Shown piece after piece: positions 8,583 to 16,853 of a stretch of 44,125 bases of DNA. Position 1 is the first letter of the stretch. Every line of letters starts with the position of its first letter. The position numbers were made by a program, and so were the translations under genes. Location: positions 1 to 44,125 of IMG/VR virus record IMGVR_UViG_3300008255_000198. One strand, written 5' to 3'. This stretch comes from a virus (Duplodnaviria > Caudoviricetes). The notes under the pieces were generated by a model that made no database searches, was not told where the DNA came from, and was given only the letters and a program-made list of their open reading frames with translations.

Positions 8583-8867
8583 TTAATTAAAATGTGGCCT
8601 AAAAATATGCCAAACAGACTCTCCATCCATAACTGAAGTTAGGTAGTCTTGTGGTAGCACCTCCCCAAAATCTGTGGCTCTAGCAGGATCTCCTGTGCCT
8701 ATAATAATAAACCTCACAGTACATAAAAATTCCTCAGTATTCACATAAGCCCAAATGCAAAGCTTATGGTTTGGATCAAACCCAATATGTAGTATCTTGG
8801 CAGGTTTTTTCATTTCCACATCTTGAATTTTAATTATACTTAGTGGATATTTGTATATAGTTCGCAT
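8583..8867 (-). CDS. Conserved phage hypothetical protein (DUF7352-like)
   Basis: MRTIYKYPL...IWAYV...IIGTG...VWHIF pattern. Confidence 0.75.
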   Translation of the reverse strand: MRTIYKYPLSIIKIQDVEMKKPAKILHIGFDPNHKLCIWAYVNTEEFLCTVRFIIIGTGDPARATDFGEVLPQDYLTSVMDGESVWHIFRPHFN

Positions 8868-9124
8868 TAGTTATCCTTATAATATGGCAGGTTATCTACC
8901 TCAATTTGCGTTATTACAACGTAAACTTTTTCCACACCTATACTAATAAACTTAAGGAATTCATCCCATAAGTAGTAGTGACCACCTACATACCATTTAT
9001 CACCTATCTTAATCGCAGCGTAACTATAAGGAGCAGCACCAACCCTAAAAGTTTTGGTGAAAGTTAATATATCACCATTCTTATAGACATCAGTTGGTTT
9101 GTTAGGCATGGTTATTTTCACCAT
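8867..9124 (-). CDS. Hypothetical protein
   Basis: 85-aa ORF coupled to both neighbours. Confidence 0.7.
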   Translation of the reverse strand: MVKITMPNKPTDVYKNGDILTFTKTFRVGAAPYSYAAIKIGDKWYVGGHYYLWDEFLKFISIGVEKVYVVITQIEVDNLPYYKDN

Positions 9125-9938
9125 TTTCCAGTTTAAACTCCAGTCCTGCTTTCTTCATGAGTGTGGATATATCCGGCTCCTCAAGTAGCAGGAATTTGCC
9201 GGCACCGATTCTAGTCCGGGCAGAATATTGTCCCTCTGTTCCTGTTTGTAGTTTATATTGGGTACTAGGTGTTCCATCCTGATGGCGGGCGCCAGGAATT
9301 GCCTTCGCTATGTACACCTCATCAAATAGTAAGGGCACCTTGGTCTTAGACCTACCTACAATCATTAGCCCAATGTAGGTCTTGCCAGAATCCTCATCCT
9401 GTCTATAGTCTAGGTGGCCAGTTACTATTACATTGCAAGGTAGGTTAGTCCACTCTCGGCATAAGTTGCTTATTAGACCTTGTAGTACAAGATAATCTTG
9501 TAATTGTGGATTAGTACCTAACCGGCCACCTTTATCTAATATATAATTCATAGCGGTGTCGGAAAGAGAAGTCATGCTATCTACAAAGTAGGTGCCCATA
9601 TGGCTAAAATAGCCCCCGCTCTTCAATTGGTCGAATCTAGCAGCATACCTCTTATATTCAATCTTACCTTTCTTATCCGCACCATTAAATTCCTCAACCA
9701 ATATCTGACCATTATCAATATAAGGTTTAAGAAAGGCTACTCGGGATCCGCCAGGATCAAAGCTATGCATGGTTACAGGAAAGGGGCAAGTTCTAGCCAA
9801 AGTTGTTTTGCCAGTACCAAAATCACCAATTACTAAAGCATTAAGCTTTTGGCGGCCTTGACCTTCTGAGTAATTCTTACGGATTTCAGCTATGGTAGCC
9901 TCAATATTTAGTTTAGGTTTAGTTGTTGGTGTTAGCAT
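9102..9938 (-). CDS. AAA_24/Sak4-like ATPase (recombination)
   Basis: Walker A GDFGTGKT, Walker B FVDS, IVTGH, FDEV. Confidence 0.85.
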   Translation of the reverse strand: MLTPTTKPKLNIEATIAEIRKNYSEGQGRQKLNALVIGDFGTGKTTLARTCPFPVTMHSFDPGGSRVAFLKPYIDNGQILVEEFNGADKKGKIEYKRYAARFDQLKSGGYFSHMGTYFVDSMTSLSDTAMNYILDKGGRLGTNPQLQDYLVLQGLISNLCREWTNLPCNVIVTGHLDYRQDEDSGKTYIGLMIVGRSKTKVPLLFDEVYIAKAIPGARHQDGTPSTQYKLQTGTEGQYSARTRIGAGKFLLLEEPDISTLMKKAGLEFKLENGENNHA

Positions 9939-9949
9939 AAATAACGCTC

Positions 9950-10936
9950 CTAATTATCGGTTTTATCAACTTCACCAATTCTTACAATTTTCTTGGCAGT
10001 TTTCTTATACTCTGCCATCGGATCCCAGTACTCTAACCGAAAGCCAACTTGTGGCTCCTGACTTGCAATGTGAAGAGGGTTATGCTTGGCTACACAAAAG
10101 TCATGGTAGGGGCACACCCCATACCTAATGCAGGACTCAGTGTTCATTGGAAAAGCATCTAATATAGGGTTATCCTCATCGGATGAGAGTAGGCGTTTAT
10201 ACTCCTCATCAATCATGTCGGCGTAGTGATTTACCATATTTAACCACATCTGCATATCTAGGGGCCCTTTTTTCACAGGAACCCGCATGAATTCGATTCC
10301 CTTTTTTCGGAAGAATGCACCATTCACCCTAGCCCCATAAACCTGATTAGGGTCCTGTAGACACATTAGGGCGTGGATATAGGTACTAACCTGAACGGAA
10401 AGTGTCCACTCTTCGGCCCATGTGGCGGCTAATCTACTAGATGTTTTATGCTCCAGCACAAATAGTTTACCTTGTTTGTCTTGGCAGAGTGCATCTATCT
10501 TGAAGTGGATACGGCGTCCATCTGCTATTGGCACAGTGCCAGCAATTTCTGTGGCTATCACTTTAAACCGGTCCGTTTCGTACCGCTGGGTATACATAGC
10601 GAGGGCTTCAAGAGCATAGCTAGGGTTTTTCGGCTCCATCAATGCATCTTGGTCTTTGGTGAAATATTGGCGATAATAGGAAGTAAATAAGTCTAAGGCT
10701 GTTGGTATGGCTGCATTATCGTATCGGCCAGTTTTCTGAAACTCCAACAACATATGCTCCATGGCTATATGCCACGCAGCACCAAATACTAGGTCAATGG
10801 ATTCTCCTTCGGGGCGCCAGCCAGCTACGTAGGCCCAAAAGTATCGACGGGGACAAGACATGAAGGTCTTTAGTTTTGTGGAGTCTAAGATATTCCAAGT
10901 TGCGTGGGGTTGTAGCGGCTGCATAGCTAGTCCCAT
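9950..10936 (-). CDS. PD-(D/E)XK RecB/Cas4-like exonuclease
   Basis: CPRRY, FGAAWH, KIDAL..EHKT, QVSTY, C-terminal C..YGVCPYHDFC. Confidence 0.88.
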   Translation of the reverse strand: MGLAMQPLQPHATWNILDSTKLKTFMSCPRRYFWAYVAGWRPEGESIDLVFGAAWHIAMEHMLLEFQKTGRYDNAAIPTALDLFTSYYRQYFTKDQDALMEPKNPSYALEALAMYTQRYETDRFKVIATEIAGTVPIADGRRIHFKIDALCQDKQGKLFVLEHKTSSRLAATWAEEWTLSVQVSTYIHALMCLQDPNQVYGARVNGAFFRKKGIEFMRVPVKKGPLDMQMWLNMVNHYADMIDEEYKRLLSSDEDNPILDAFPMNTESCIRYGVCPYHDFCVAKHNPLHIASQEPQVGFRLEYWDPMAEYKKTAKKIVRIGEVDKTDN

Positions 10937-11226
10937 CCTTTACAACCGCAATAATATCGGTCTTCTTCCTGATTTATGCGGGATTGAAAATAGGCTAAGC
11001 TCAATTTACTGGTTACTTTTTTGCCACAATATACACATTTAGCGGACCTTCCAGTTAAGCTGGGAGGGTTTTCATCTATTTGTCTGGCCCCAGGATAGAT
11101 ACCAATACAGGCTACACAGACAGGGCTACCTTGGCTGTCCTTCCCAGATGCGGTATGGCCACATTTCATTAATGGCATTAACGGAGCCTCCGTCCCTATC
11201 AAAGTCTCATTTATACCAAGTTCCAT
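10927..11226 (-). CDS. Cys-rich putative zinc-binding protein
   Basis: KCGH, CVAC, CVYC, YYCGC; GGAGG SDs before in-frame ATGs at 11226 and 11178. Confidence 0.75.
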   Translation of the reverse strand: MELGINETLIGTEAPLMPLMKCGHTASGKDSQGSPVCVACIGIYPGARQIDENPPSLTGRSAKCVYCGKKVTSKLSLAYFQSRINQEEDRYYCGCKGWD

Positions 11227-11278
11227 TATTAGTTCCTCCAGTAAAGTTGAAAACTTTCTCCACCCTAGCCCTTTAAAA

Positions 11279-11303
11279 ACCGTGTACAATAATTATACAC
11301 GGT
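11279..11303. promoter_or_regulatory. Dispersed palindrome copy 2
   Basis: ACCGTGTACAATAATTATACACGGT. Confidence 0.9.
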
Positions 11304-11308
11304 CTTGT

Positions 11309-11347
11309 GGGGAGGAGTTAACTAAGTAGCCACGTTAACTCCTCCCC
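11309..11347 (-). terminator. Hairpin after the 11367-11753 gene
   Basis: GGGGAGGAGTTAAC/GTTAACTCCTCCCC 14-bp stem, no clear U-tract. Confidence 0.5.
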
Positions 11348-11366
11348 TTAGCTAAGCTGGAGGATC

Positions 11367-11753
11367 TTAGCTAGATGCATCGGCGCCATATGCTTGATTA
11401 GCCGCACGAGCACGGAGTGTTTCGAGAAATTCTGCCTTCTCCTCGTCGTTCATGGAGATGAACTTTTCGATCATGGCCGCTTTCGTGTCTACTGGTCCAC
11501 GAGGAGTCCTAACACCAGGCTTCCACTTAAGGCTGCGGAGTTTTTCGGTGATCTGGTCCTGCGATAGACCTTTCTTTTGCAAAGACCGTAAGGCGGCCTG
11601 GAGAGAAATTATGGCCTTCTGCCGGTAATTGCTAAATACGACAGCCTCACCGAAGAGGCTACGAGCGTGGTCCAAATTATCACCAAAGTCAAACTCGTAG
11701 GTAACCTCGGCTTTCGTTTCAGGATCAGTTGCGGTTATTGCTTGAAGAGCCAT
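11367..11753 (-). CDS. Hypothetical protein
   Basis: 128 aa, AAGGAG SD. Confidence 0.85.
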   Translation of the reverse strand: MALQAITATDPETKAEVTYEFDFGDNLDHARSLFGEAVVFSNYRQKAIISLQAALRSLQKKGLSQDQITEKLRSLKWKPGVRTPRGPVDTKAAMIEKFISMNDEEKAEFLETLRARAANQAYGADASS

Positions 11754-11822
11754 TTCTTTGTCTCCTTTGCCACTTAAATTTGAGTGGCGGTTCTTAACGT
11801 TCTTTTCCTCAATAACAAAGGT

Positions 11823-12224
11823 TTACTCATCCTCTTCTTCGTCCTCGTCTTCCTCTTCCTCTTCCTCTTCTTCCTCCTCTTCTTCAATCTTTTCCTCAAT
11901 CTCATCCTCTTCCTTTTCTTCTTCCTCAATTTTATGTACTATTTTTTCAGTATCGGCCAACTCTATATCGGCGTCTTCCTTAGGAGTTAGCTCTAAGATG
12001 GGTACTACTTTCGCTGGCGTTTCCGTGTCCGCTGGTTCATCAATTACCGGATAGCGATATCCACCATTTAGCTCCTGTTTTACATACACAGTTACTAGGT
12101 TAGGCCCAAGGTATCGGATGGCCTCTACTATGTAGATAGTTGTTATTTCTTCATCCATATCATAGACGTGGAGAAGTAAACGGAATTCTGATAGTCGTAC
12201 CTCACCCTCAATTTGGCCACTCAT
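11823..12224 (-). CDS. Protein with a very acidic poly-Glu/Asp tail
   Basis: GGAGG SD before ATG 12224; ends EEEEEEEEEEEEDEDEEEDE. Confidence 0.75.
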   Translation of the reverse strand: MSGQIEGEVRLSEFRLLLHVYDMDEEITTIYIVEAIRYLGPNLVTVYVKQELNGGYRYPVIDEPADTETPAKVVPILELTPKEDADIELADTEKIVHKIEEEEKEEDEIEEKIEEEEEEEEEEEEDEDEEEDE

Positions 12225-12246
12225 GTCATGATCCTCCAGTTTGTTT

Positions 12247-12271
12247 GGCGTGTACAATTATTATACACGCC
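12247..12271. promoter_or_regulatory. Dispersed palindrome copy 3
   Basis: GGCGTGTACAATTATTATACACGCC. Confidence 0.9.
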
Positions 12272-12286
12272 ATTCTGAATAGTTGG

Positions 12287-12625
12287 TTAAGCTACTTTCC
12301 TACTCTCTTCTATCCAAGCTACTTTTTCTTCTATCCAAGCCACACTTATGCCATTAGCCGTTTCATTGATGGCGGCTTCTGCAAAGGTTATAAACTCGGA
12401 CCATGGATCCGGTCCATAAAACAGCTTAGTTAATGCGGGTATATAAATAACGGAGAAGTGGTGGTCCTCACTTAGTATGTACCAATATCGAAGCCGGCAA
12501 CTAGGAAAGAATAGCCAATATTTATAACTGGAGTTGTTGTACTTGGCTCGTTCTATGCCTCGCCTTATAACAGCTTCTACTAGGTTTGATGATCCGTCCT
12601 TGCTAAGGGGTTCTTTATTTAACAT
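12287..12625 (-). CDS. Hypothetical protein
   Basis: 112-aa ORF overlapping the upstream stop. Confidence 0.6.
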   Translation of the reverse strand: MLNKEPLSKDGSSNLVEAVIRRGIERAKYNNSSYKYWLFFPSCRLRYWYILSEDHHFSVIYIPALTKLFYGPDPWSEFITFAEAAINETANGISVAWIEEKVAWIEESRKVA

Positions 12626-13004
12626 TGGCAGAATCCGCAGTTATATTACTATGTTCTTGTAAAGCCTTTGTTAACATATCGCTGTTAACCACCTTATTCA
12701 TAGCCGCTAAGGATTCAGTCAGTGTCTCTTCAGCTAATTCCCTGGCTACCTTCGACTTTGGTGACATAATTTGTTTGGCGGAGATACCTAGCCTTGTTAG
12801 TTGTTCTATTCCTTCCTCAACGGTCTCGGGACGGTTAGCACCACACTTTTGAAATAGCCCGGAAGCTATTTCCAGGTGTAGCTTTAACGCACTGCCAATA
12901 CTAAGTTCTACAATTCCTGCCGCTTTGGCTGCCATTATTAGCACAACTAAGTCTCGAATATCAAGGCGAAGCTGGCAGTTCATCGTTGCTTTTTCTACTT
13001 TCAT
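12615..13004 (-). CDS. Hypothetical protein, probably on a leaderless mRNA
   Basis: ATG lies 5 nt after TATAAT; no SD. Confidence 0.75.
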   Translation of the reverse strand: MKVEKATMNCQLRLDIRDLVVLIMAAKAAGIVELSIGSALKLHLEIASGLFQKCGANRPETVEEGIEQLTRLGISAKQIMSPKSKVARELAEETLTESLAAMNKVVNSDMLTKALQEHSNITADSANVK

Positions 13005-13009
13005 AATGT

Positions 13010-13039
13010 ATTATATCACATACACTCGCTGGTTGTCAA
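13010..13039 (-). promoter_or_regulatory. Sigma70-type promoter (leftward)
   Basis: TTGACA-18 nt-TATAAT with extended -10 TG. Confidence 0.85.
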
Positions 13040-13094
13040 GCTATTTTTTAGCCTCACTAGCAAAACTGATATTATCAGGGCTATTTTAGATTAA

Positions 13095-13110
13095 ACCGTG
13101 TACAATTATT
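13095..13110. promoter_or_regulatory. Dispersed palindrome, truncated copy
   Basis: ACCGTGTACAATTATT; the right arm is replaced by the end of the 13106 gene. Confidence 0.75.
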
Positions 13111-13669
13111 CGTAGTCCGCGCATTCTGCACTTTCCACCTCATTAAGATGGGCGAGAAATTGATCGAGTGATCCGCTCCAGCTACCACGCACTATTCGGA
13201 CGCCGATTTCTAGGTCCCGATGGATAGTGATAAACTCACCGCTATTAAGTGTCCAACCAGAAAAATCCTGCCCGGACTTTATTAAGCCGTAGCCTGTGAT
13301 ATGGGTTTTTCCGTCAACTATCGCCGTGTCTGTGATATGTGCTTGGCCATCAATTATCGTATGTCCACAAATTAGCGCTTGGCTGTCAATCCGCGCTTGG
13401 CCAGCGATTATTGCATGGCCAGCGACCACCGCATATCCTGTGATACGCGCCTGGCCGGTTATTAGCGCCTGGCCACTGATCACAGCTAGGCCACCTATAC
13501 GTGCCTGACCACTGATAAGCGCCTGCTCTTCTACTAACGCGGAGCCACTGACCCGCGCCTGGCCTAGCACCCGTGCCTCATCATCAATTAACGCTTGGTC
13601 ATTGACCAGCGCCTGGCCGCCCACGCGCGCATGGCCCTCAATCCGCGCCTGGCCTAATACGTTCCTCAT
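13106..13669 (-). CDS. Hexapeptide-repeat (left-handed beta-helix-like) protein
   Basis: GQARV/GQALI six-residue repeats. Confidence 0.85.
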   Translation of the reverse strand: MRNVLGQARIEGHARVGGQALVNDQALIDDEARVLGQARVSGSALVEEQALISGQARIGGLAVISGQALITGQARITGYAVVAGHAIIAGQARIDSQALICGHTIIDGQAHITDTAIVDGKTHITGYGLIKSGQDFSGWTLNSGEFITIHRDLEIGVRIVRGSWSGSLDQFLAHLNEVESAECADYE

Positions 13670-13739
13670 CTCCCTACCCTCCCTTAAGTCACCTGAGCCG
13701 CTTCCTCTAAGTTCTCCTCTAAGTTCTCCTCTACCTGAC

Positions 13740-13961
13740 TCATTTCATATCTCTCCAGTCATCACCCTCACCCTTCGCCCGAATCCACGTCATCCACGCC
13801 GCTTGAAGTTGGACACGCGCCACCTCCGCCGCTTGCGCGGCGACTTCGGACTCTTGCTCTGCGGCTATGAGCTTTTCAAACGCCACTTGAGTGACCTCAT
13901 CAAGCTCCACCTGCCGGTTCCGCCGCAATCCCGGAATCCTTGCCAATTCTATGTAGCTCAT
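13740..13961 (-). CDS. Ala-rich helical hypothetical protein
   Basis: AGGAGG SD. Confidence 0.75.
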   Translation of the reverse strand: MSYIELARIPGLRRNRQVELDEVTQVAFEKLIAAEQESEVAAQAAEVARVQLQAAWMTWIRAKGEGDDWRDMK

Positions 13962-13993
13962 TTTTATTCCCTCCTATTTATGTTGTCCGGCCG

Positions 13994-14200
13994 CTATTTT
14001 ACTAACGGTTCCGACATTTCCCATCCATAGCTGGTAGTTATTAGGTAGGACCACCTTAATTTAGCCTCCATCCCTAACAAATCAGGACGGTTAGTTACCT
14101 TTATATACTTCACTCTGATAAAGGGATCTTCGGTGTTATCCGGATTTCGTTCTACACCTAATACTTCAAGAGTGGTAGTTTTATTTTGTAGTAGTAACAT
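13994..14200 (-). CDS. Hypothetical protein
   Basis: AGGAG SD before ATG 14200. Confidence 0.65.
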   Translation of the reverse strand: MLLLQNKTTTLEVLGVERNPDNTEDPFIRVKYIKVTNRPDLLGMEAKLRWSYLITTSYGWEMSEPLVK

Positions 14201-14531
14201 GGTTATTTCTCCTAGTAGTTTCGCCACTTCTTATAAGCTCAACAAGCTTATTATCCTCATATAAAGCTACCTCGTCTAGCTCTATTTGGACGAGAGTATC
14301 CCCCTCTACTATAACATGAAGGTGGATAGTAAGCTTATCCGCTTTTATATCCACATAGGCACCTACTCCCTCATGAAATTCAAATTGCTGGGCAACTATA
14401 GTGCTGCCCATAATTGAGAGATGAATACCTCGACAGGCAAATTCTGCTGCGAGGACCCAGCCCGTCATTGACGGACCGGTGACGGCGAAATGTACCATCG
14501 GTTCGCCCTTGTAAATAATTAGCCGTTTCAT
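14181..14531 (-). CDS. Hypothetical protein
   Basis: AAGGAG SD, 116 aa. Confidence 0.7.
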   Translation of the reverse strand: MKRLIIYKGEPMVHFAVTGPSMTGWVLAAEFACRGIHLSIMGSTIVAQQFEFHEGVGAYVDIKADKLTIHLHVIVEGDTLVQIELDEVALYEDNKLVELIRSGETTRRNNHVTTTK

Positions 14532-14578
14532 TAGTTAGCTCCTTCACATCCTAGCAAGCTAGTCCTGTATTCTCCTGG

Positions 14579-14923
14579 TTAGTCTTTCACCCAATGTGGC
14601 GCAATAATCTGCGCCAGGTTTCGCGCATAACGCGCCTCGCGTGAGGCCATCCACGCCTGACGCCGCCGAAGGTTCGCCACCCGCGCCGCTTCTGTGGCTT
14701 TGTCTGCGGCTCGCGCCGCCGCTTGTGCCGCATCAGCGGCCTCAATCGCCGCATGGTCGGCGGCCTGAAAGTCTTCCCAGGCCGTCTCAACATCCAAGCC
14801 GTCACGCCAAGCACGCGCCAATTCGGCGCGGATGGTTCGGAATGGAGTATTCCCGAGCTCTACCCACGCTCTGGCAACCATTTCGCCAACCTCTCGATCC
14901 GTTACATTCGTCGTGCGTTTCAT
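14579..14923 (-). CDS. Ala/Arg-rich helical hypothetical protein
   Basis: GGAGGT SD before ATG 14923. Confidence 0.75.
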   Translation of the reverse strand: MKRTTNVTDREVGEMVARAWVELGNTPFRTIRAELARAWRDGLDVETAWEDFQAADHAAIEAADAAQAAARAADKATEAARVANLRRRQAWMASREARYARNLAQIIAPHWVKD

Positions 14924-15010
14924 CTGTCCTACCTCCATTGTTGTCCGGCCCCAGGCCGGAACGTTTTTTATTTTTTACCAATTTTGTTGATTCTGGCGAT
15001 TCTGGCGATT

Positions 15011-15196
15011 CTATAACTGTTTGCCACCTTCCGCCTGCAATCTATTAGTTATGGATTCTATAAACTCCCTTGTTGCTATTTGTATGAGTTTATTCTGTTC
15101 TTTTGGACTAAGGGAGTCATATAGCTCACCTACTGTCAACTCATGCCGGAGATAGCCACTCCCCTTACATTTTGGGCAAAGTTCCTTCTTATACAT
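15011..15196 (-). CDS. Small protein with a CxxCxGxG zinc-knuckle-like motif
   Basis: CPKCKGSG; AAGGAG SD. Confidence 0.7.
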   Translation of the reverse strand: MYKKELCPKCKGSGYLRHELTVGELYDSLSPKEQNKLIQIATREFIESITNRLQAEGGKQL

Positions 15197-15304
15197 AATT
15201 TTAACTCCTTCTACCGGCAAAGCCGGTCTTTTGACTAGGCTGCTAATCTTGTAAGATTATCCGACTAGCACCTAGCTAATTAATATTTCACCTTATGTTA
15301 TCTT

Positions 15305-15329
15305 GGCGTGTACAATTATTATACACGCC
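15305..15329. promoter_or_regulatory. Dispersed palindrome copy 4
   Basis: GGCGTGTACAATTATTATACACGCC. Confidence 0.9.
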
Positions 15330-15545
15330 TGCTAACTTCGTTAGCGGCTTTATTAGCACCGTCGTTAGCACCTTTATTTAGCGCCTTTATTAGCTGCTTC
15401 GTTAACAGCCAACTTCGTTAGCGGCTTCGTTATCGGTGTCGGTGTTTCTGCTATTTTAATTCGGCTAATTAGTATCCTGCTAAGCTAGGGCTAACGAAGT
15501 TAGCGGCGAAGTTAGCGCACGCCGGCGAACGAAGTTCGCTAAGTT

Positions 15546-15822
15546 TGCAAGTGAAAGTTGAAAGTGAATGTATATGTTGTAACCCGCCCGTACTCTTCGA
15601 TAAACGAGAAAAGCTAGGTTAGCGCCAGTCTAAAGAAGGCACTAAGGAAGCTAGGTTAGTTGAACTACTCTTCTTTGATCATTTTTTTTTTTAATACATA
15701 TATTTCCTTTTCTAGCCTACTAACCTACTAACCTACTAACCTGTTAAGGTGTGTGAAGCGCTCTTTTTAAAGAGCACCCCCGGGTTACAACATTCGCATA
15801 CATTTTCAACTTACAACTTACA
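15546..15822. repeat. About 42-bp imperfect inverted repeat enclosing a T11 tract and CCTACTAA repeats; candidate origin region
   Basis: 15546-15586 pairs with 15781-15822 (perfect core ATGTTGTAACCCG/CGGGTTACAACAT); non-coding. Confidence 0.7.
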
Positions 15823-15969
15823 CTATTAACCTACTAACCTAATCCCGCTATTAGCTTAATAACCTAGTTAACCTACTAACCTAATCCCGCTATTAGACTA
15901 GTTAGCCTACTAATCTAACGTTAGGTTAGCGTAATAGCCAAGCTAATAGCCACGCTATGCTAGATCGTC

Positions 15970-15994
15970 GGCGTGTACAATAATTATACACGCC
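15970..15994. promoter_or_regulatory. Dispersed palindrome copy 5
   Basis: GGCGTGTACAATAATTATACACGCC. Confidence 0.9.
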
Positions 15995-16028
15995 TATTAA
16001 ACTATTTCTCCGCCGTCGTTACTAATAC

Positions 16029-16613
16029 TGCTAATACTGTGATAGGGCCACAGCAGTTTAGGACGCATCGCGCTAAATCTATCCGTTTATCTGGAATTTT
16101 CTATCTCGTTCGCCTTCTAGGAAGGCGATCGTATCATCTAATTCTTTCAGGCTTTTGCAAGCCCGGGCTGTCCTACTGGCCGCTTCTGCGGCCGTCATGG
16201 GCGGTCTTATTCCCTGCCGCCGCATACCGATAGATGCCACTTTCAGACCCGTCTCTCTCAGGCTACTAATAGCCTGCGTTGCAACAGCATCTCCACGGTA
16301 TGTGCCGTCCGCGTCTATGCTCATGGCCTTTATCAAGGCCTGAGTTTTTCGGACAATTATGAACTCAACTGCGTGCCGGACAACTTGTCCAACCGTTGCA
16401 CCCTCAAATAATATCGGGATGCCCCCGATATTATGTTTGTGGGTTCCCTGAATAGTCACGGTTCTATCATCGTCCGTCTTGACGATAACTGTCCCGTCAA
16501 AGGTCACATTGTCAAGTTGGTCTTTACTCAGTGTGATAGGGTTATCCATATCTATTCTCCAGCTACCTTGTTGTTTAGCTTTGTTTAGCTGTGACCCTAT
16601 CACAGTACTAGCA
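16029..16613 (-). repeat. 26-bp inverted repeat (16029-16054 / 16588-16613) bracketing the first early gene
   Basis: 24/26 identity; both mismatches are G-U pairs in minus-strand RNA. Confidence 0.85.
16079..16549 (-). CDS. First early-arm hypothetical protein (start MDNPIT)
   Basis: GGAG SD before ATG 16549. Confidence 0.8.
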   Translation of the reverse strand: MDNPITLSKDQLDNVTFDGTVIVKTDDDRTVTIQGTHKHNIGGIPILFEGATVGQVVRHAVEFIIVRKTQALIKAMSIDADGTYRGDAVATQAISSLRETGLKVASIGMRRQGIRPPMTAAEAASRTARACKSLKELDDTIAFLEGERDRKFQING

Positions 16614-16622
16614 GGATTCAAC

Positions 16623-16659
16623 TTTCAAAGAACTTCCGCTCACTAGGCCTTCCAGTGAG
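16623..16659 (-). promoter_or_regulatory. boxB-like hairpin plus boxA-like antitermination element
   Basis: Minus strand: hairpin CTCACTGG-AAGGC-CTAGTGAG followed by AGTTCTTTGAAA. Confidence 0.6.
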
Positions 16660-16734
16660 TGCTTTTGGGTTTTATTTAATTGTTCTTTCGACCCCTTTGC
16701 TGTTTGCTTCTGTTGTCAAGCTTGCCCTATAGAC

Positions 16735-16751
16735 AGCAAGAGCCATGCCAA
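16735..16751 (-). promoter_or_regulatory. Sigma54 (-24/-12) promoter
   Basis: TTGGCATGGCTCTTGCT matches TGGCA-N6-TTGC with GG-N10-GC spacing. Confidence 0.8.
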
Positions 16752-16817
16752 GTTCGTAAGTCGTTGCGGTGTAAGGACTTACGAAGAAGCACTGAAAGAG
16801 TATTCAGTGCTATTTCT

Positions 16818-16853
16818 GGGAAAACTTTGCCCAGTACAGGGAAAACTTTGCCC
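16818..16853. promoter_or_regulatory. Tandem enhancer-like sites GGGAAAACTTTGCCC x2
   Basis: Identical quasi-palindromic 15-mers 21 bp apart, about 100-120 bp upstream of the predicted sigma54 start. Confidence 0.7.

Noticed and set aside
11758-12054. Poly-Ser and poly-Phe/Leu plus-strand ORFs
   Set aside because: Antisense shadows of the poly-Glu tract
15973-16233. ORFs starting MYNN/MYT at the palindromes (also the 11289 and 12257 starts)
   Set aside because: GTG/TTG starts created by the palindrome itself; SD-supported starts lie downstream or on the other strand
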